Shown here piece by piece: positions 26,659 to 37,890 of a DNA stretch of 64,000 bases. The notes under the pieces are model-generated. The model had not been told where the DNA came from. It made no database searches and was given only the letters and a program-made list of their open reading frames with translations. Origin of the DNA: Marsupella aquatica (taxonomy: Eukaryota > Plantae > Marchantiophyta); NCBI GenBank assembly GCA_973895155.1, contig OZ316896.1, positions 11,398,795-11,462,794 of the forward strand, given 5' to 3'. The first letter of the stretch is position 1, and each line of letters begins with the position of its first letter. A program made the position numbers and the translations under genes.

Positions 26659-28446
26659 CTAAAAGTGAGGAGCTGAAGTTCGAATCGTCTCGTCCGGCTG
26701 CAGCTGGACGCTTACGCTGCCACCTCCCAATGCATTTGAGGACAATTGTTTATAGAATTTGTTGGAGATTGCCTGGGTGGGTGCCCTTATTTCACTGTTA
26801 GCCCGGGTGAAGCAAGGCATCTGGGGCGGAAACGCAGGGATTAAGAAAGGTTGGCAATCATTGTCGTTGCCTATCGAAATCTCTACAGTGGACTGGCGAT
26901 CCTGTGGGTCCGACTTAGACTGCTCCACAAGCTCCAATCCATGACCTCCACTGATCAGCTGTAATCGAGGGTCTGAAGGGTCATTCCCGCTTGCAAGTAT
27001 CGTTTCAAGTCCAAGCTCATCAGGCGAGTTGGAGTGGATGCTTGATTTGTTATGATGACTTGCAGTGGATCCGCCCTGTGTACCATTCCTTACCGTCCTC
27101 TTTGCACCCAATGTCCAATGACGAAGTTTGTCCCTGACGTGGTCTTGGAAGATAGCTTGCTTGTAGTCAGACCCCATGTGGCTCACAAGGGCATAGAGTG
27201 GGAGAGTGCTGTAGCTACACGTGATTTGTACAATCACTCCGATTGCAATGCGAGTATAGACGTAGAGTTTGTTCCTCAGAAGGCATGAATTCAAACCGAA
27301 CAGCCACGCGAATGAGAGGAACGTTGCCATCTCGAATGCATTCTGAAACAAAATGTAGTGGACCACGGTGAGTATCAAGTCAGGCTTTTTGAACCAAAAC
27401 AGTTCATCTCGGGGTCTGAATGTCGTTCCAGTGCGGGCATGAATCCCATTGCATCCTGCGCTCTCCAATGCCAGAGTTGCAATCACGCTCTGCAGCTTCG
27501 CTCCCACCAACAGAAGTAACACCGGAGGAACTATGGAAAGCCAGAAGAAGAGGTTCGTTCCCACCGCGTTGAAGAGCATGTAGAGGATGACAAAGAACCA
27601 GAGAGGGACGCTGATTCCTACCACCTTCTGGTACTCATCTTCAAGGGATCGGACAACATAGCTGTGAAAGTCGAAACTGCGACCCGTGTTGTGGTTTCTG
27701 ATGAACCCTAGACGAAGAGCGAGATAGTCCGAACGGACCACCGACTTGCCGAATTGTCGGAAGAAGCAAACCATCCAACCAAAGAACCGGTTCCTGCTCC
27801 AAGGTTGGGACGTATGGTATTTGATGAACGTTGTTTGTCGATTCAACGACAGTGACTGGACCACCTCACCTAGATCATCGCCTTTACCCTGGTGTAACTT
27901 CTCTTCCCAGACTTTCCACCTATTCACCTTGGTGGAGGCTAGCAGCATTACAAATAAGCTGTAGATGACATGAACCACTGCCAAGGCGAAGATGACTGTA
28001 TGCAGCTGATGAAGAGTCTCACTTGATACTATAGGGGAATGTCCAGACTCGCAAGCTTCCCTCGGATCACTTTGACTCCGGATCCGCCATTGGAAAACTT
28101 CGGTTCTTCCCTCTGTACGAGATGTTGGCGCATGAGGTCCTTTGTTCTCGTAGTGGCAGGGAGTCCAATCCTTCAGAACATTAGATTTGACGCATAAACT
28201 CAAGACGTGGTTTTTAAACATAGTCAGAAGTAGAGAGATGAATCCCATGAGCATTACTTCTTCTTTGATTCTGTGAAGAGCACGTACGAGAGGTTTACGG
28301 TGAGCATGTTCTAGATGACGCTCGATTTTCTCAACTGCAGTCACGACTAGCAGTGAAATGGTGATGAAAATCGTGCACACAGTGGCCACAGCCCATGTTG
28401 GTGTATCCTCTAAACTCCAAACTTCTACATTGTCTTGAGCCTCCAT
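26659..28446 (-). CDS. MLO: MLO-family seven-transmembrane protein, single exon (~595 aa from ATG 28446)
   Basis: Uninterrupted ORF with SLEDTPTWAVA, KEEVMLMGFISLLL, LHQLHTVIFALAVVHV, WKVWE, CFFRQF, DYLALRLGFI, FDFHSYV.RSLEDE, FWFKKP, FQNAFEMA, CSYSTLPLYALVSHMGS and the calmodulin-binding region (LRHW...K). Confidence 0.96.
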   Translation of the reverse strand: MEAQDNVEVWSLEDTPTWAVATVCTIFITISLLVVTAVEKIERHLEHAHRKPLVRALHRIKEEVMLMGFISLLLTMFKNHVLSLCVKSNVLKDWTPCHYENKGPHAPTSRTEGRTEVFQWRIRSQSDPREACESGHSPIVSSETLHQLHTVIFALAVVHVIYSLFVMLLASTKVNRWKVWEEKLHQGKGDDLGEVVQSLSLNRQTTFIKYHTSQPWSRNRFFGWMVCFFRQFGKSVVRSDYLALRLGFIRNHNTGRSFDFHSYVVRSLEDEYQKVVGISVPLWFFVILYMLFNAVGTNLFFWLSIVPPVLLLLVGAKLQSVIATLALESAGCNGIHARTGTTFRPRDELFWFKKPDLILTVVHYILFQNAFEMATFLSFAWLFGLNSCLLRNKLYVYTRIAIGVIVQITCSYSTLPLYALVSHMGSDYKQAIFQDHVRDKLRHWTLGAKRTVRNGTQGGSTASHHNKSSIHSNSPDELGLETILASGNDPSDPRLQLISGGHGLELVEQSKSDPQDRQSTVEISIGNDNDCQPFLIPAFPPQMPCFTRANSEIRAPTQAISNKFYKQLSSNALGGGSVSVQLQPDETIRTSAPHF

Positions 28447-31400
28447 CGACCTTTTCCTCCTGTCAACCGACTCTGTCAATTACTCAAACCAGTGCAGACT
28501 AGTCCAACCGAAGTCCCAGCTACCACTCGAGCTATTACAGGTATTTTTCGAATACTTATGCAAACACCAAGTAAGCTCAACCGCAGCAATCAACTACACA
28601 TTCATGAAAAGACCGTGTTCTATCCTCCACAAACGATCTTCGTACCATTTGCTTTAGTTCCATAGATGATGTTCATCGACACGATGATAGTGCAATTTCC
28701 TGTTCTCGTTATGAACTATAAAACCTCGCTGACTGGAGACTTGTTACCCTTTGTTTTGCTGGTAGACTTCGACCTTGGAGATAAAACACATTCCCTGACA
28801 AATATGTGTACTTTCTTCTCTCCTCTATGGCTCCACTACAAAAGTGGAACTAGTGTGGCACAATTCCAAACCAAAGAAATGTGTCTGTTCAGTTCGTCTG
28901 GCACCTTGGAGCTCCTCTCTCACTCTTCCTCCATCCTTCATGCTTTAAAACCTCACCTCATGAATCAGTAATGAAATCCACTCGTAAGAACCTCCCTGTC
29001 CTCTCATACCTTGCCAGCTACGCATTCATTTATTGATTCGGTACTACTACAATCAATTGCCGTGAAGTTCGAGCGTTTGCAGAATGACCTACAACACGTC
29101 TTCTTTCGGAGTGAATTGAATTGATCATCAAATCTCCACTATTGTGGGAAGCAATTTATACCGTACTATCGATCTCGAGTTGAACCCATTACAGGTCTAG
29201 CTCATAGGTGCAGTATGAACCGCGTCTGGACCATGGTACGATATGAAGGCAACTTACCAGCCACTTGGCAGTTTCCATAATTGACTTCACAAAGCCAACC
29301 GACTCCCGCAGCCACTTGGATTTGTCTATAACTGATTGGGTGTAGTGAATTCTTGTCTTTTTACTTACTTTGGAAGATGTTCTCGAGTTGAGTGAAGGTT
29401 CTTCCATTCAAGTATTCTCAGGGTTTTTTACACCTGGAAAGATGTTCTTGAGCCATGGACGGCTGGTTGAAAGGGGCCGTCCTCTGTTATCTTCGCCGTA
29501 ATCTTTCGCCCTACTTGCCCGTGGTTTCTCTCGGACAGATTTTGTTAGCATAGTTTTGCTTTCCTACAATGATTATTTGGTTCTCCTTTCCTCTTCAAAT
29601 CTCTCTCCACCTCCAAACCAGCTCCAAAGCAGGTCACTTTTCCAGTTATGTGATTGTCACCGAAGAGATGACGATCATTTGTCTTGCGCTTCTCTTTTAA
29701 AGATGTAAATGTTCTTTACATCTGTTCCCCAGATTTTTGTGCCTGTCTTAGTTGTGGATGGGTGGTTGTGTGAGAATCGCAATCGACATCAGTATTCTGA
29801 GGCCCTTAATAACGGTAAGCTCTGAATATTTTTTGATATTTTATCGTCCTGTTGGGGTCACTGAACCCCAGGAGAAGGTGTTCTTGAACATTCAACACTG
29901 ATCTTGCCCAAGCCTGCTATGTTTGATGTCAGGCCTAATGGTACGTCAGTTGCAACGAGAATCGCAACAACGGTTTCCTAGAACTAATTGATTCGGATTC
30001 ATTTGGTGGAATTCGGCTTTGATTGCTGCAATGGAATGTAATCTAGCCCTGTTCTTTACCGTTTGGCATGCAGTGGCAATTTAAAGAGATCGAAAAGTTT
30101 GTGGGTGTCAAAGTTCCTCACCACGATCTAATTTCAAGTAGTACGAGGTATTCATTATCAGGTAGCGATCAGCCTACGAACATCGTAATCATTATGGAAC
30201 TTGGATAGGTATACGAAGTCAAACGAATGACAAACCCGTTTCAATCAATGAGACCTTGAGGATACTAACTGAAGTGCTGATACCAAGAGGCGAGCATTGT
30301 ATTCGAGATCCGAGCTCTGAAAGGTATACGATCTCTTTAGCCAATGCCTTTCCTGGGCCAATTGGAGCTGTTGAAGCTTCTCCATACGGAGCGTAGCTGT
30401 TGAGGACTTATCCTTCTTGACTTCATTGACCCCGGTCCATGACGATGTGAGTAACTGGCGGTGAAAACCAAAGCTATCGCTGCTGCTTCTTTATTGGTGC
30501 TCTTGTCCTTTCTGTATCCAAGAAAATATGTTGGCTAGAGGCTCGTGGATAGAAGTCATCCAAGGAAAGCACAAGGTGCTCGTCCGCAAAGGGTTCGGGG
30601 TTCAGGGTGTAATTATAAGTGGTTCCCGTCGGAAGGAGTGTCGAGCAAAACCGGGGTCCTATGTCAATCGAGGAACAGCTGAATACTCTTATGCATACGT
30701 GAGGGGGTTCAGAGTTCAGACAGTACTGTCGATGACTGGTTTCTCCCATGGAAATAGTTTCTGATTAGAAGGTAACCTACGCATGTCGGATGTGACCTCG
30801 CTGTCAAGCTCCGTTCCAAACAGGCTACTCGGCATCGTTGAAAGCCGGGACAGGGCATCTCCTACTGTCAAGCAGCACTTTGTTGGGAGAGACAGCAACA
30901 GAAAAGCATGAACATGTAACCACCATGCAGGGAAAGTGCGAAGCCATGTTGGAGCTCTTCTGCTGGGCTACTTAGTGCACTACCCTGCTGCAGATGTGTC
31001 TCGCAACAGGTGTTTTTATCTTTTCAATTTCGCTGCTCCGGGGTTGGGACTTCTCTCGACACAGACCCACCCTCGAAAAACCGAACTTCCATCAGCTACT
31101 CTTTTTGAAATCAAACGATAAACATGGACCGGATTATTGCTCTTCAGATTTCTGCACTAAATCTAAAGATTTCATAAATATCAGTCGCGCTCTAAAATTG
31201 AGATCCGCTGATCGTTTCAACGGACTCTTCATATTCGGGGTTGAAATATGCGGTCAATGCGCCCAAAGTCTACGGATATTCCTTTGCTAACAACCTCCCT
31301 CATTTCTGGAAGAGAATGATGCATCGCACAATCAATGGCAAAATGTGTGTCGGAGAAGTGGTCGTGCAGGAACTTCATCCCTGTTTTAGACATGAACAGA

Positions 31401-33328
31401 AATGTCTTGATCACTGTGGGCGACGTAACATCACTGTAGTCCGTTGGGCCCACAAACTGTTTGGGATGCTAGCTGACCTTGGGGTGCCACGCGCAGCGCA
31501 TGTTTGCTAGAGAACCGCAGCAGCCCATGGTGTAAACCTGAAATTGAATCCCACCAGGACGATAGCACATCACGGAATTAGCCAAATACGAGGCGGCAGT
31601 TGGGAACACGCAAGCGAAGCTAATTGCAGGGTAATCCCGCCTTTAGCTAGCACGATGGAAAACCTTCCGAGCATTCTATCTAATGAGTATTGATTTGGTG
31701 AAGCCCTTTCCTCAAAGCAGAATATGGATATTTCCCCAAAGCATTTGAAATTGTTCTTTGATCCATCCATTTCGGCCCGCATACATACTGTTAATTATGC
31801 TGACTGATCGAGCTCAACGTGTCACATATTTGCTACAAAGCCGTGGTCGATGTTGTGTGACCTTAGATGAGATCCAAAGTGAACTGTAGCAATGGACTGT
31901 GTTAGGAAAAGAGGCGGCAGTAAGTTGCATGCACCATGCAATGAAGAGACTTTGCCGCTTTGTATGGTGCACGATGGAAAGCATTCCGTCTAACTGTTGG
32001 AAATCCTAATTTGCTGCAGCCATTCGGCTCGGAGGAGACTCTCAATAGGGATTACGCATGGGAATAGTTCTCTTCATGTTCCAATCAAACTAGGAGCTGT
32101 CAAGATTAGCGGTTCTTTTGACAAACAGTCAAGATTACGAGCCTGAGATATTCTCTAACCTGTGCAGGCTGACGTTACTCCAAGGAGGTACGAGATTCAG
32201 TGGCTCTTGCCATTCTACCGTCTCTACCGGAAATCACAATGTAATTACCAGTTCTCGTAACGGTGACATTGGATGATCTCGGTCACCACCTCTGTTTCCT
32301 TTGTACGAGGATACGAGATACAACCCGTGTCTAACATGTCAGACAGCTGGTGCTCATCTCATTCCTTTGGAGGAAGACTTCAAACAAAAGTGGGATTGGG
32401 CATCGCTTCCTATCAAATCGACACATTGATGCAGTCAGGACCGAAATTGAGAAGCTGGTGACAGGAATTAAAACCATGTCACTCCGATCCCAAATGAACA
32501 TAATGATATCAATTGAAATCAAGAGACCGAATAAACTACAGCACACGATCGACCCATACTTCGTGGGAGCAAGGGGCTCAAAATCTGGCGCACTTGTTAG
32601 TTCGGGGCACACTCCATTTAGATTTCTTGTTGCTGCATGAGTTGACATTTTCGCCTACGGTTTCCTTTCCTTTCGTGTCCATGTCCTTGTTTCTCAGCAT
32701 CAATTCTTCTAGTTTCGCATCGTTCATTATTCGTCTTGGCTCAAGTCCAAAATACTGCCTCCCACTCGATCCACAGGACGAGAACTCTTGCCAGTGGATG
32801 CATATTGCAAGCAGAACATTGGAGGCTACGGGAATCTAAAGACAAAGAGAAGGTCAGGTCAAGGCCAATTGGTGATGAATCCAGCTAGATCGATCGAGCA
32901 GCTTCTACAGCTTCTCCCCGATGATCACTGGCCATCAAGTAAATTCGCTTATTCCTCGCATTTTAGAAGCTATATGGTGAATCCAACTCTCATGTTTTGT
33001 CTTATTCATATTTGTGTATCATGAATTTTTATTTGAATGTACCTTAACAAGGGGCATCCTTTGTATCACATAGACTTTTAATTCATTTTTGGACCCCTTT
33101 AAATTTGTGGTATTCTATAGTGTTTTGAATTTATTTTGGCAGCCCCCTTAATTTGTATAATTTGTAAAGTCCTAGAGAGAAACTAAGGGCTTCATTTTCT
33201 AGGGCTTTTAAGTATACTCATGAGTGAGAGGAATGATTCTAAGAAATGTCAGCACATCCTCTCTTAAGCTCCCCTTGTGGCTTTCTTTCCTAAGTTTATG
33301 GTTTTTATTGAGATACACATTGAAATAT

Positions 33329-33520
33329 GTGCACAACTCGTAGGATCTTTGTGTAATAAAATTGTACTTTCCATTGGTCACTATGTACTTTTATTGCATG
33401 TGCTTTATTTATATTATTTGATTTCATTGTGCACAACTCGTAGCAATTTTGTTTATACTTTCCATTTGGTCACTATGTGCTTTTATTGAGTGTACTTTAT
33501 TTATATTATTTGATTTCATT
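33329..33520. repeat. ~100-bp direct duplication in an AT-rich tract
   Basis: GTGCACAACTCGTAG...TACTTTCCATT(T)GGTCACTATGTRCTTTTATTG..TGTRCTTTATTTATATTATTTGATTTCATT twice. Confidence 0.8.
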
Positions 33521-33623
33521 CACATTTAATATGTATTCTAGTCTTACTCTTTAATTTTGTCCACTTAATATCACTACAAGACAAAAAGTAAAGCATGTTC
33601 CAGGATGAGCATGCTATATGCAC

Positions 33624-33907
33624 GACTGTCACTTGGATCCTCCCATTTTAGAATTAGTACAGTAAAGTCCTGTTTAGAGGGCATTACGGGATATAATGCC
33701 CCCCAAAACAAGAGGTTAAGCTAGAGTATCGAAGGGCTATTATTGCCCATAATGCTCCTGAAACAGGACTGTCACTGGGATCCTCCCAATTTAGAATTAG
33801 TAAAGTCATGTTTAGAGGGTATTATGGGATGTAATGCCGCAGAGTTTCAGCTAGAGTTATGAAGGGCTATTATTGCCCATAATGCTCAGGAAACACAGAC
33901 TTTACTA
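33624..33907. mobile_element. Tc1/mariner-pogo-like MITE relic with internal 143-bp tandem duplication
   Basis: TA|CAGTAAAGTC at 33658-33669 and GACTTTACTA at 33898-33907 form terminal inverted repeats. Internal AGTCCTGTTT/AAACAGGACT palindrome; the unit repeats at 33624 and 33767. Confidence 0.55.
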
Positions 33908-34936
33908 CATTTCAATGCCTGAAGATTTTTATTATTCTCATTTTTAGTAAATGGAGAGGGGAATCTTCCTAAAGAGATGATCCAGATATTGACAGGGAAT
34001 TATGCTCCTAGAGTGTCCTGAAAAATACAAACGGTAAAATTGCAAAGGGCATTAAACTCTACTAACAACATAAGTCAGGATCCTTGTGAAACATCCAAAG
34101 AACTTTGTCACTTAAATCTTAAACCGCCACTAGCCATATAAATACAGCTAGCGCCAAGTAACGGTCAGCTCATTTTCGACAGAGGTGCCCAGCAAAGGCT
34201 CAGCTCCAACCTCCCAGCCAGAGCCCGTAGCCCCCAGCCAGGCTCCGCAATACAAGCTGGGTCAGTGGTCCGCCACAAAGCACGTTGGGTTTAGCCATCA
34301 GTGAGTTTGTTCGCGTGACCTATTGCTTAGCCATGGTTCGTTAGTGTGGTGGGCTGCTGCCATAGCCATGGAGGTTCAAACGTTCGTTAGTGTGCTGGGC
34401 TGCTGCCATAGCCATGGAGGTTCGTGAGTGTGCTGGGCTTGAAAAGCGGTTGTAATCGACATGGGGAAATCTGCTTGCGCTGGGCTGAATGAATAATCGC
34501 CATGTTCTGAAAAACCTAACGCGACCAAAATCATGTCATCCTGCTCTGCTGCGATCTTCCATATGTACAGACACTTGGAAAAGCGAAGTCTCCCATTTTC
34601 ATTCACAGTAACATCTATGTGAACAAGAGCAATGGCTGATGCCAATAGCACTATAACCGGAAGATGAAGGATGAACTACGGCTATGGAGTGTCGCCTAAA
34701 GCTCTCCACGATTATCCAAACTTTGCATTTACTTTGCTTCAATGAAATCTCAATATGTAACCGAGGTCGTCGACACGGATTGAAAGATCACAGCAAGTCA
34801 TAAACAATCATATGCAACAAAGAATGAAGCCTGCAATGGAGGTTGGTAACTATCGATCCTGCCGGCGTTTGACTTTGCAGACTACGCCAATTTTTACAAC
34901 TAAAAACTGAGCCTCAAATAGATGTCGGGCAACTAA

Positions 34937-35186
34937 TCACTGTTGATTTCGTAGCAAGCATGGGGTGAAATTCCGGCACAGACGTCCTTTGCAAAATTCC
35001 TTGCATAGTCTACATATAACAGAGGTGTATTTTGGTTGTTCACCATATCTCTTGAGCACCGCGTCTAGTGGCTGGATAATGCACTTTGGTCCAGGAGTAG
35101 CAAAAGCAACAACGGAAAGGTGAGAGCTATTCCGATTTACCAGCACTCTGTGGAGAACACTGTGTGATCTCCCATTGCTCATTATC
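34937..35186 (-). pseudogene. 2OG-Fe(II) dioxygenase C-terminal exon (orphan fragment)
   Basis: After a tgcag acceptor: IMSNGRSHSVLHRVLVNRNSSHLSVVAFATP...IIQPL, the typical DOXC C-terminal block, with the RxS 2OG-binding Arg replaced by His. No upstream HxD exon was recognisable. Confidence 0.65.
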
Positions 35187-37890
35187 TGCAGGCATCGGTA
35201 TAGCAGAAACAAAGATTAATACCCCTCACCTTCAAGAATGGCAAAGATAGCAATAGACTGGCCAGCGAAAATGACAACCCGTTATAACACAGACCCAAAA
35301 TCGTGCAGCAACTTCAACGAGGTCATATTTAATCTCGAAGTTCTCATCTGTTTAGACTATTATATTCTTACCACGTTTACAAACAACAACAAGTTCAACA
35401 GAACATCATGTACAGTGATGAGGAAACACGTGATCCCAGAATGAACAACCAGGTAAGGATTAGCAAAGAGAGAGAAAGGTCATGGGGGAAGTGTAGGTAA
35501 CCTGTCCTCAAGAACTCATAAATAACCTTCAATACTTGGAGTGCGAAGCTGGGACTGCGAGCCATAAGAATTAGACAAGGTCGCTTTAGAGTGTTCAGGA
35601 CAAGCTCTTTCCTAGATCCTCCAACCCTGTCCCCGAACTGAGCAAAGAGACAATCCAAAATCACAAATATGGAGCCCTCTGTCGTGCACAATCTGTGAAT
35701 TCTGCACCACCTGGGGAATGCAGCTTGTGCAGGAGCTGTGGACCATCATTTATGTGGAACCTACAGTATAAGGATCCACTTTTCAGATCTTTCCGAGCCT
35801 GCTGCACAGTAAGCACTTTATTCCCATTCCCTCGAGCTGGATTCAGACATTCAGTTCTGTCCCCTAAAAATCCCCTCAAACTCGTGCAGATTGACAAGAA
35901 ACATTCTTCTGCTCTGATCCTTAGCAGAAGTCCTATAAATTGATCAACGCAAATTACCCCACATGGCCAGGCTCCTGTCTGTACAGAAACTGTGCAAATT
36001 GTCAGCTGATCGATCTCCACCTCGTTGTGGGCACCTAGACAACGTCAGTTCCTCTGTAGCAAGACTCTCTTCCTGCACATTGCGGTCGAGCATCATCATC
36101 TTTGCAGGTAGAGGTCATATGCCAGAGGTGGCGCCATATTCTAGCCAACCATTGGTACTACTGAGGGAGGGAAACAAAAAATAAGATTCTTGCCAAGAAG
36201 AAGTTCACATTGGGAACAATCTTACTTCAAAGCTCAACACATGACCGTGACGGTGGTTCGTGCTTACTGCCGAGAGGATAAAAGAATTCCAGAATGCATC
36301 ATGAAGTAAAGCGAGAGTACCTCAGCAATAGTTGCAAGGAAATTTGCAGAAGATTTCCGAAGCTCATCTGAAAATTTAACTTTGTGACTGAGAACGGCCA
36401 CCGCTCTGAACAAACCATGCACAGCGCATAGAGGTGGTTGATTTTCCGGACAAGTGAAAACGACGTCAATTCGAAATCCCAGCTCGAAATCCCCTATTCT
36501 TCATCAATACTTGATACATCCAAGGCATAAATCCAAGAGACACAACTAATGACGCTCACAGCAATAAAGCATTTCTTCTGTAAAATCGTTACGATGCTCT
36601 AAACTGTACTCTAAATGAAGGATGAGAAATACTCACAAGCGCCGCCTTCATAGAAGGACCGAGAAGAGATATAGCCCAATATTTCCATCGCCAACTTGTG
36701 CCAGACATGCACATACAACACCGGTGATAGCACCATGCCTTGCCGAATCTTTAGTTCCAGATCCTCGTCATAATGGCATGCGCATCTGTATCTTTGAGAG
36801 AAATGGCAAAAAAAGACCAGCATAGCGCAACTGCTACTGTATGAACGACCGATTTTATGGATTGCTCTATTATAAGCTGTGATTGCATAGTCGAGCTGTC
36901 ACACTCTGGAGTCTCTACTGGCAGATTGTGCTTGATTTACGTCTCTGCTCATTGTCGATGACCAATGATGTTTGCACATTGCTGAGCAGAAGATATGACT
37001 AGCTTAGCAGGACCGCAACATTGTGCTTCATTAATTTTGAACATTCATCTAAAACCACATGATGTCCGTGAGCACAATAGCCCCATGAGTTATATCACCG
37101 ATACTTAGCATCCTACCTATGCGACGAGCTCTACGATAGGGGAAAACATTCTGCTTCACGGAACCTAACTTTTCCCGACCTTCTCTATCCATCCTGTAAC
37201 CATTTCCACAATGTTTGTGAGTATAGTGAATCGGCGATGCTTCTCCTTCCTTTGGCCATGCACTTCAAGTTAGTCGTAGATGAGCTGGTCAAAGATGAGT
37301 CAGGTAGTTCCCAGGTGTAGTGATCATTTTACACATAATGACACGATAGGGTCAACATGGTTTACACTAAACGGGAGCCGGCTAGACGGATAGTGCATTT
37401 CTCGGTTTACACCGAACGTACAGGGTCGGGGCAAGATGGCATGATTTACACACAATGTACACGGTAGCGGCAAGATATGTTGGACAAATCCATTGATGTC
37501 ACAATTGAGAACGAGACATGGGCATGGAAAGGGAAGTAGCCTCGACTTGTCCCAGAAGGTGATAGTCTCACAGCTTTGATTTTAGAAGCTGCCAACAATG
37601 AGGGCACTTGCGTGGGTGAAAGGTAGATTCAGTGAGAGAGACCACCCACTTTTTTTTGCGACTTTCCGTCTAGTAAGGCATATGTTTTCGGACTTGCCAT
37701 GTAGCAAGGCACTGACTTGGGTCAAATACAAGGCATTTGCATTTGTTGCGAGGGACGGTATGAACCTACTAACTAAACTCTTGCATCTTTTTCCATAAGT
37801 GCAATTATTTGACCATGGTACTAAGCAAATATAAGGACTTCTATATTCATTTGTTGCTGTTGTATTGTTTTGGTTGCCAGAGTAGGAGAA

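Noticed and set aside
33015-33573. AT-rich TG...CA segment resembling a solo LTR
   Set aside because: No 4-6 bp target duplication, primer-binding site or polypurine tract.
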